From Camelus ferus (Eukaryota), in assembly GCF_009834535.1 (NCBI RefSeq), contig NC_045696.1:78370001-78434000 (forward strand): a DNA stretch of 64,000 nt. Direction: 5' to 3'. The notes below the pieces were generated by a model that was not told the DNA's origin, made no database searches, and saw nothing but the letters and a program-made list of their open reading frames with translations. The position numbers were made by a program, and so were the translations under genes. This document shows, in pieces, positions 54,756-64,000 of this stretch. Numbering within the stretch: the stretch's first letter is position 1; each line of letters opens with the position of its first letter.

Positions 54756-56652
54756 AGAGACATTGCCCCCTGTCCCCTCTCCCCTCCTTTTCTTCCTTTT
54801 CCTCCATCACCTTCTTCCTTCTCTCCCTCCTCCCTCCTCTTATCCTCCTTCTTGGGGGTGGAAAGAATGCAAAACTAGAGCACTGATGTCACAATGTTCT
54901 GACATCAGTTGTTACTAATTAACTGAGAGCACTTAAAGAAGTGATTGGATCCAGTCTTCCAGTGCCTTCCGTCCTCCTTGGTAAAAGAAGGACACTGATA
55001 TTTGCATTGCCTTTTAAATAGAAACATAGTGAGTGTTGGGTTAAAGTGCTGTGACTCACACAAAAAATAATCCGTAGCAAAGATGGGCAACAAATTGGAG
55101 ATTTATCTTTATTCATTTGCAAGAGAGGAAGTAGAGCACAAAAATAAGTCCATTTATTTAGACTTTATCTCCCAGAGGACATCTAGAATAAAAAATAATT
55201 TCTACTTCCTTCCTCTAGAATTCTTTAACTTTTAGTTTTGACCAGACTAATTTAAAAAAAATCCGAGGCTCAAACACCATGTTTGCTAGCTTATTGATGA
55301 AAAAATGATTATATAAGTTACGCAAACAACTGAAGTGGCAAACAAGTAGAATAGCTATTCTGAAAAGTATTAGAAATAAACACAAATATGACACACACAA
55401 AAATCCTCATGGCATTTAATTTAGAGTTCTCTCTTTCATTCACCTCTCTGGGTCTCAGTTTTCTCATCTGTAAAATCAGCTGATCATTTACTATGTTAAA
55501 GGCCCATTTTATCATTATAATGTCATGAACTTCTGATTTAAAATCTAGGTTGTGGTTTGTTCCAGAATAGAGCAGTCCTTTTCCCAGTAAAATTGCATAA
55601 TGTAACATATATACATGTTCACACTTTATCAAAAGTAACCTGAAATTGAATGCTTGCCAATAAAACACTATAATCATCACATTCTGACTTCCTCTTAAGA
55701 GGAGAAACACACACATCAACCCTGACTCATTACGCCAAACTTGTAAATGTATTTACACACCTGCCCCAGTCACCTAAAATTAGTCAATAACAGGTATAAA
55801 TTACCAGTTATCTACAAGCTGAATTATGGCATGTGGGAATTTATTATGAAAGTGGAATACAGAAGTCCTCTATTTTTGAGCAGAGGAGAATCATAAAGAT
55901 AAACAGAAACCTCAAAAAGTTTTTGTGGTTGCACAGAAATTAACATAAATACACATTCATTTATACTGAAACAGTTTCAGTACCAATAAAGGGCCCTGTA
56001 CACACACACTCTCTCTTTCCCTCTCTCTCTCTCTCCTTTGGGTCTTGTACGCCTGGAAAATTCTGCCTTCATCACTTCCCCTTTGCTGGAGTAAGTCATA
56101 TGCAGGAATTCTTCAATCCAACCGTAGTTGGGGTCTCTTCTATGTGCTTCCAGATGCCCCTTGACAACTTGGACCTCCTCCTTTCACTAAGGCTCTTATC
56201 ACATTATGCTGCATGTACTGCTGAATTATTTCTGTCCTTGCAAGGTGTTCTGTCAGAGACTCCTTATGTGTCCATCACTACATCCCTGGCACCTAGCACA
56301 GCTTCTACCCTGTACTATGCCTTCAACAAATATTGTAAAGATGAATAAATTACCACCATCAGAAAGGGTGAATTAAAGGATCTCAAAGAAAAGGACATGG
56401 ATTACCAAAGATGATGAAAGACATTCAAGGAGGGAAAGGTGGCAAATTAAAGTTCAAACATGAAGAGAGGTGGGAAGGGGAAATAGGTAGGTTGATCTGA
56501 AAGAGCAAATAAGAGCTAGAAGGATAAAAGAGAGGAGGACACTTATGAGAATTTCCAAAAAAAAAAAAAAAAAGATAAAAGAAGTGAAAGAGAGAAAAAG
56601 TGAATGCAATAGTTTAAAATACACACTCACACGCACCAAAAACAAACGGCAT

Positions 56653-56968
56653 CTTTTGTAAATAAGTTCATTTGTGTCATTTTTTTAGATTGCATATAAA
56701 GCAGACTCACAGACATAGAAAACAAACTTATGGTTACCAAGGAGAAAGGGTGTAGGGAGGGATAAATTGGGAGTTTGAGAGATGCAGATACAAACTACCA
56801 TATGTAAAATAGATAACAGGTCTTACTGTATAGCACAAGTAACTATATTCAATATTGTGTAATAACCTATAGTGAAAAAGTATGTGAAAAGGAATACAAA
56901 TCATGTATAACTGGATCACTATGCTGCACACTAAAAACTAGTGCAACATTGTAAATTGACTATAAAAA
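56653..56968 (+). mobile_element. Short L1 3' end with 5' inversion
   Basis: Antisense cttttgtaaataagttcatttgtgtcatttttttagattgcatata (56653-98), then sense cagactcacagacatagaaaacaaac...cattgtaaattgactata. Confidence 0.88.
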
Positions 56969-57710
56969 CATCATGGGTGGTATTAGAATAGTTTCACTGA
57001 ATGGTGAAAAGAATACTAATATAATTATTAAAATTATCAAGATTTTCAGAATATTGGAAAGGAGGTCTATGAGAGTGAGTATGTCCTCTATATGCATTCT
57101 GACATTTTGCTGTAGAGCACATTTTTTAGACAACTTAGACGACATAAGAAGAAACAATACTTCCAACCACATCACCTATTTGTGTTTCCAACAGTGTATT
57201 TCTAAATTACTCCAGGGAGAGAGTGGGCAAAGGAGGATATTATTCTTTATCACTAATTTTGAGGATTCTATCAAGAACTATACATAAGAAAAAAGAAACA
57301 ATGTTGCAGTTTAAATTCATTGTGGGTAGCTAGTTACTGAAGTCATTATTTAGTTCTGATTTTCAAGGGAAGATATTTGCGAAAATTTGAAAAAATTTAT
57401 GAAGTAGTTATTCAAAGCTATGAATGTTGGCATTGTATGATATGGAATTGTGTGCGGGTAGGTAAAATGTCACAATCCATAAAATAATTACATACACTTG
57501 GTACTTATTTTCTCAATAAAAAGTATAACACAAGCAGGACAAACACATTGGTCAAACGCATAGATATCCATGGAGAGAAAAGGCTAGACAGAAAAGGATT
57601 AGAACTCTCAAAACTGTAATCCTGCAAACCATTATTGGAAGGAAATTCCAGTCTCAGCAACCAGGATGGATCTTCAAGATTACAGTTCCAAGAATTAGGT
57701 AGATATGCTC

Positions 57711-57990
57711 GCAGGGTACAAGAATATGCTACCCCCAAACATGCCTTTTGCATATGGATAGTTTTGAGCTAAAAAGAAGGAACAGACACAGGAAAAGCTC
57801 TTTAACCTCCCCTAACTGTCTAAACATAAAAGTATGCATTCATCCTTTTGTAAAGGAAATCTACATTTATATAGAAAATTTCCATTGTAAAAGTCTCCTT
57901 ACCAAGAGAACTATTCCTGAAGGCAACTCTTATCACCTGAGAAACGTGTCTGCATAAAATACAGCCCTTATTTATCACACATTGTTGGTT
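57711..57990 (+). mobile_element. ERV1 LTR fragment, MER34/MER39-like
   Basis: agaatatgctacccccaaacatgcc...ggatagttttgagctaaa, shared with the copies at 61843 and 63231. Confidence 0.7.
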
Positions 57991-58968
57991 GATTGTAGCC
58001 AAGAATTCCTAGTGTGATTCTAATCCTTATAGCTGCTAAATACTGAGTCCTAGGGAAACAAGATAGCTAGGTAAGCAAAGAAAGGCAGGGGTGAGGGTTG
58101 GGGGTTGGGTAGAGTACATACTATACAGCAACAGTGGGTAGAGATAAATTAAGCAAGATTTCATCATGCTTGGAAATGCTGGTCCAACATATTTTACCTC
58201 CTCTCTTCTGGGTCTGGATACTACCATCCACCCAGTTGCCCTAGACAGAAACTTAGGAGTTATCCTTGCCTCTAACCTCCCACATTCTCCAAACAGTCGC
58301 TAAGTCCTATAAATGTCATTGAAATCTACCCCCCTAACTCTCCATTTCCTTTAGGTGAGGCCATTATCATGTCTTGCCAAGACAGTAACTCCCTACAACT
58401 AAATTCTTCCTTTCCTCTGATCATCCTTTCTGCATCTGCCAGAGTGATCTTCATAAACACAGTCATCCTCTTTCCCTGTTCACTCTCCCATAGTTCCATC
58501 AGTAATGTTGCTATTTTATCACCACAAACTCATCCTTCTGATTCCTAACCCTCCATGAACATCCAGTTCATTTAACTCAGGCTTCTCCAAACACACTTGA
58601 CACTATGGTTCTAAATAGCTGAATACATAATATGCACATATTTACTATTCTATATACTTGTGAATATAAAATAAAAATTCAATCAAGAAAATTGTGCTTT
58701 GTGTGAGGACTGACCAGTGGGCAAAAGTCTCCTTTCAATACTACTATTACTAAATGTTTGATTCTCTTTTTTTTCCATAAATTTGCATACAGCATCTTAA
58801 GAGAATTAATTCTGATGGAGAACAAAGGACATAGTAAGAAGCATCCATTAACAAGGAAACAATGTAAGTAGTAATTAATGGCAAGGAGAGTATTGTCATT
58901 TTAATGATCTTTCCACCACAGTTTCAATAAACAAAGAAGCCAAGGAACTATCTGTATAATATACTCTC

Positions 58969-59000
58969 TCACACACACACACGCACACACACACACACAC
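58969..59000. repeat. (CA)n microsatellite
   Basis: Direct reading. Confidence 0.95.
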
Positions 59001-61240
59001 CAGAGTTGCTTAACAATAACTGATTTTTTGTAGGTTATTTCACATAATTAAGATAAACTATGATGCATATAAAAATAATAGAATATGAAGGTGTCAAGTT
59101 GAAAGTCAGGTAGGAGTGATACTACAAAGCATTCTAATTTGCTGCTAGGAACAACACTATTCCACACTGTCGACAAGCTGTGTAACGAAATACTAAATAC
59201 AAGCTTGTAATCATAGTGTATAATGATTTATGCACTTTTTAAGAGGATCCCATGAAATCTTGGCTTAAATGCCAGAAAGTTTTAAAGTGATATTCTCTTG
59301 TTAGCAATCTCAGCCTCATCCATGTGAGTCTACTGATAGTGGTGATAATCATCTAAGACACATCTGAAAAAGGGAAAATAGTTGAGAAAAGTGTAATTGT
59401 ATATTTAATACGATTATCATGCAACTATAAAATGAAGGGCACACACACAGACACACACACTTGACTAATCTATGTGTAACAATCAATTATTCAACAAACT
59501 GGCAAAACTCCCTCAAGAGGAACCCAAAGAAAAGCATTAAGGGAAAGGACTATGCGTGCTAACTGTATGATATAGCACAGAATGGTGAACTTAATAAATT
59601 GAGAACTTTAGGACATGTTAAAAATCTACAATAAAGCTGGAAATAAATATCTACAGCTGAAACCCAAGAACACTAAGGTTTAATAGAAACACCCAGGTGA
59701 CAGCATGATTTAATCTCTGTCATCTTTTAAAAATGCAATGAAAATGCTTAAATGGTATTATTAGCTTGGAGACAAATGTACTTCCTCAAAACACCTTGAA
59801 ATGACAATCCTGAAAACAGAAGTTTCATCTCCATGACAAAAAATGACCTGAACATCTCTAATAATATTTAAAAGTACAGCATTTTCATGCTGAGAGGTAA
59901 AATATCTTCCAGGGTTCAGCCTCGTCACTGCAGCCTCAAAAAAAAAAAAAAAAAAAAAAAAAAGATAGCAATTAATGCCAACTGAGCTGCAGAAATTTGG
60001 CAAATACTAACTAAATGAAAACAACATTTAATAGCTGTTCAGGGGTAACAGCTTTCTCTTCCAAGATGAAATTGAGGTAAAAGGTGAGGTTTCTCAGTCT
60101 TAAAATATTAATCATAGATGAATGTCCAAAATGAACACAGGAACTACGCCAATCCCTTATGAAAATACAAGTGCTGTGGTTTCAATTTACGAAGTGCTGA
60201 CAAAATTAGTAGTCAACAATAACACATGAATTACAGGGAATCAAAGTAAAAAAAGAGTATCATTTTGTTACAGCATTTTCATTTTCTTTTTCTTTCTCTT
60301 CTTTTCTCATCTTTTTTCCTTCTTCTTCTTCTTTTTTTTTTTTTTGAATAAAGTCAAAGTGGCATACCAGGCATTCTTAGAAAAATGATTCCAGGAAAAC
60401 TACTTTTGTTCAATATCATAATGGGCCCCTACTTTCTACAGAGAATGCTTTCTTTCAGAAAGCTCCTCGTCCCCTTTCCTGCTGACTACCTGCCAGGCAG
60501 TATTGTTACAGAAAAGGAGATGAAGGAGTTTCCAACCTTCCTCGAGTGGGCAGCTAGTACTTAAAATAGACTTTCTCTCAAGTGAATGGCTGCTGTCCTT
60601 CCTATGGTGACCAGGTTTACAAAATGAGAAGAAGGAAAAAAAAAAGTCAGAGAACAAATGAGGCGAGATAAACATAGATATTTTGGACAGATTTTTTTTT
60701 TTTTTTTTTTTTGACAGGATAATAGGCTGAATAGGAAGAAATCTATGAGGGAAAAAATAAATCTCAGGATGACGCTGGAAAATGTGGTATCTGATCACCT
60801 TGGGCAATGAGGGACTCGCAACATGTGAGCAATTTTAAGAATGAATCAACATAAAAACAGAGATAGACATACCATTGCTAGAGTTGCTAGAGTTAGCTTG
60901 ACATACTTATTTCATCATGCCCCTCACACCTCTTCTAAAACCTTTAGTTTTCCTTTATCCTAACATAGCACTTAATTTTTATTTTCTTGGTATTTTTAAA
61001 CATATGCAGGGCAAACACGGCCTTGTCTTTCAAATCTCAAGGCACACATCTATAGCATTTCTTACTTGCTGTTTTTAGACTTGCCAGATTTATAAGCGTT
61101 TAATAAATACTTAATGATTGGCTAATTGAAAATATAACACAATTATATTTCATCTTTCTCCAAAAACTTTAAAGTAAAATTAGTAAAGAGCATAAGGGAG
61201 ATTATTAATTCATACTGTTTCTAATATTCCTGCTTCCTTC

Positions 61241-61838
61241 TGTTAGAGCAGGCAGACAGCTAGATGTGAGCTAGAAAAGGGGGCACGGGCCAAATGGCAG
61301 CAAACCATATGTCTTGTGAACAAGGCAGGTCCTTGCACAGACAGAGGAAAGCAGGAACCTCCAGACTGATAAAGAAATCACATATTTTGGGGAGACAAGT
61401 GTCCTGGAGGCAGACAAAGAAAGGTAAGGAAAGATAGGCATCTCCTGTGTCCAAATGTGACCTTTTGCTCATTATGCCCTCATTACAATACAATTAGCCT
61501 CACAGAAAAGAAGTACCCATCACGCACGGAGGCCATGACACTTCCAGTAAAGACTAAATAAGGACAAAAATCCCTCCTTCCCTCAGGAAGGTGGGGCTGG
61601 TATAAAAATCAAGGAATATGACCCACAGCCACTCCCTCCTCAATGAATATTCTGCCCATTCGTTTTTACACCCCATGTAACCACCTGCTGAAGAAACTCG
61701 GGCAGCCGTTCACCTGAGTCTGCCCCTGTCCCCTTGACAGCGTACTACTGCTTAATAAATCCTCACTCTACTTTCCTGACCTGTGTCTTGCCTCTGAATT
61801 CTTTCTACAATGAGACAAAAACCCACTCTCCAGTAGCA
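61241..61838 (+). mobile_element. ERV1-class solo LTR with 4-bp TSD
   Basis: TG...CA termini, AATAAA near 61754, TSD CTTC at 61237-40 and 61839-42. Confidence 0.88.
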
Positions 61839-61842
61839 CTTC

Positions 61843-62328
61843 TGAAGAGGCCAGAATATGCCACCCTAAAATGTACCACTTTGTCATAAGGATTATTTTG
61901 AGCTGAAGGCAATCAGCTCTCTGCCTTCCCCCTTTCCTGCTTAAAAGCAGGACATAAGTGTCCATTTGTAATGGCGTCTCCCTCTTCCTTACCAGGAAGA
62001 GAACTACTCTGGAGACAACTTATAGCACCAAAACAGACTCTTACCTGCATGAAAAACCTACATAACCATTATTTTACAATTCCTCCCCTCATCTTCCTGT
62101 AACTTACCTCCCTCCCCTACAAGTTTCGAATCCCTTTTCCTTTGTCTAGCCTAAGATCATATATAAGCCTCAAATTCTGACTCATGGAATCACATTCCTT
62201 TGTGAGTTCTCTGTACACAGGTATGAACTTATGTATGTAATTAAATCTCCCCCCCACCCTTTTTGTTATTTTGTCACTGAACCTAGAAGAGTAAAGGAAA
62301 AAAAATTTCTTTTTCTTCCTTCCCTACA
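61843..62328 (+). mobile_element. ERV1 solo LTR, MER34/MER39-like
   Basis: tgaagaggccagaatatgccaccctaaaat...ggattattttgagctgaagg...cttccctaca; flanks CTTC/CCTC. Confidence 0.85.
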
Positions 62329-63230
62329 CCTCTTTCATAAAGTGTCCTATATATTACCTGCTTTCCAGTTTGCGAGAGCTATTAATTTCTTTAGTTCTCC
62401 TAAAATCTAAGAAACTTATTATTTACTTCAGATTGATAACAAATAGAAAATAATAATATTTTAAAATTCACAATGGTTGTAAGAAATGAACTTGAGATTG
62501 AATTGCCCCTTATTAGCACCTAATGAAATAAAAGTTAAATAGTGGAAACAAAAATGAAAGTATAAAATACATCAAAAACTTGTAAGACAATTTGATTTAT
62601 TGAAGTTGAATTTAAAGAGAATGGTCTACTTTCTAATTTAAGGGTTATTTTATGACATCACAAATTCTGGACTTACCTGTCCTCAGACACTTTTGTTCAT
62701 CTGGAAACTTGTTTTCAAAAAATAGCATCTGAATGATTTTAGGGAAGTCATTCTCTTTCCAATAGGTTCGATTCTCTCTGTACAGTTCTGTTTGCTTTAT
62801 GTTGCTTGCTTATCCTCTGAAGCATTTGCCCATGTGACAAATGACTTTTTAATAACCAAGTCATTTGAGTTTTCTTCCCATTTTCAGTATGTAAATATTA
62901 CAATGTAAATATATAAAATTATATAAACATGACAGCTCATTCTTACTACCAAATTAGCATATTAGACCTGCTTTATTTGAGTTTCAAATTATTAATGCAC
63001 TAAAGATGACTCCATTAAGTGGCCAACTTCAACAGTAAATTCAGAAATCTTTGGAAAGAAAGAGAAACTTGCCTCGGGCAACGTAAGGAATTTGTTTTTA
63101 ATTGTTTACCATACTCTCTTTCACTGCTGATGACAATAAAAATTGGTGCAATCTTGTGATTCTGTTGAGGTAAAATTTACATGCAATAAAGTGCATCCCA
63201 TTTAAGTGCATTGTTAGATGATAAATGTAT

Positions 63231-63760
63231 TAAAGGATACCAGTACATGCCACCCCAAAATATGCCTCGTTAGCCTATGGATTATTTTTAGCTAAAGGCC
63301 ATTAAGAAGCAGAAGACACAGGAAAATCTCTAAAAACAGGGCACAAGTTTTCCTTTTGCAAATAAAAATTACATTTATAAAGAAATAAAGAAAGTTTCCA
63401 TTTGCAAAAGGAGGGGGCTCTTCCCTAGAGGAAGAGGAGAGCTCATAGCAACCCTTAGTAATGGAGAAAGCAGGGATTTAAATCTGCACAACAAATACTA
63501 TAAGATAACACTTATTTAACATATTTCTCCTTGTCACCTTCCCATAACCTCCTCAGAAGCCCAGACCTCTTTTTTGTGTGTGTTCTAACCACCCCTTTGA
63601 GTTACTCATCACTGGGTAATTTCATGTATATTTGTGTGATGTGCTTGTTAATAAATTTTTGTTTTTCTCTTGTTAACCTGTCTTTTGCCAATCAAATTTA
63701 AAGGGCCCCAGACAGAGGACTTAATAAAAGTACAGTAAAAATACTTTTTCCTCCCCAACC
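63231..63760 (+). mobile_element. ERV1 solo LTR, MER34-like, inside an old antisense L1 3' end
   Basis: atgccaccccaaaatatgcc...gttaataaa...ttgttaacctgtctttt...tttttcctcccca; L1 phrases on both sides (gaggtaaaatttacatgcaataaa; agatacagaacatttccatca). Confidence 0.8.
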
Positions 63761-64000
63761 AAATTCACCCTTGCAACTACCACAACATTTAAGATACAGA
63801 ACATTTCCATCATCCTAAGTAGTCCCTTTGCACCCTTTTACCCTTAATATCTGCCCCCATCCCACCTCTGGCCCCAGTCAATAGGTATTAAGTTTTGGCA
63901 AATGCTTTCCCCTTATCTATTGAGATGATTGGATGGTTTTTATTATTTATTCTCTAAATATATAAATTACACTAATTTTCAAATGTTAAAACTTATATTT

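Noticed and set aside
54933..55010. Possible exon AMQISVSFFYQGGRKALEDWIQSLL* after an acceptor-like tttctatttaaaag
   Set aside because: No recognised protein match, no convincing donor or partner exons; probably chance, though a UTR exon is not excluded.
1..64000. CRISPR arrays, operons, tRNA/rRNA genes or a novel multi-gene system
   Set aside because: No repeat-spacer arrays, structured RNA genes or coding-dense regions seen; this is mammalian intronic and upstream DNA. Small ncRNAs cannot be excluded without an Rfam/Infernal search.

Overview
AT-rich mammalian genomic DNA. The L1 3' ends are cetartiodactyl-type and no ruminant, cetacean or pig SINEs are visible, which points to a camelid (inference). 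The only recognisable protein-coding sequence is a 43-nt minus-strand first coding exon (54034-54076, MGENEASLPNTALQ/G, perfect AAG|GTAAGT donor) matching the N-terminus of NAALADL2 as I recall it; the ORF track misses it. Positions 1-54033 are therefore intron 1 and 54166-64000 is upstream sequence. The rest is transposon relics (L1, L2, MIR, MaLR and ERV1 solo LTRs, Tigger/hAT MITEs), microsatellites and some repeat-free, motif-rich segments. Points of interest: (i) an intronic CpG island (~8930-9550) with E-boxes, a CRE and several minus-strand splice donors; (ii) candidate alternative first exons in the same splice phase as exon 1, which could swap the protein's N-terminus; (iii) up to four 5'-inverted (twin-primed) L1 insertions; (iv) two different LTRs sharing one 4-bp target site; (v) a three-level repeat nest with intact TSDs; (vi) old repeats that retain CpGs. 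I found no evidence of a new multi-gene system. Repeat subfamily names come from remembered consensus sequences and need Dfam/RepeatMasker confirmation.
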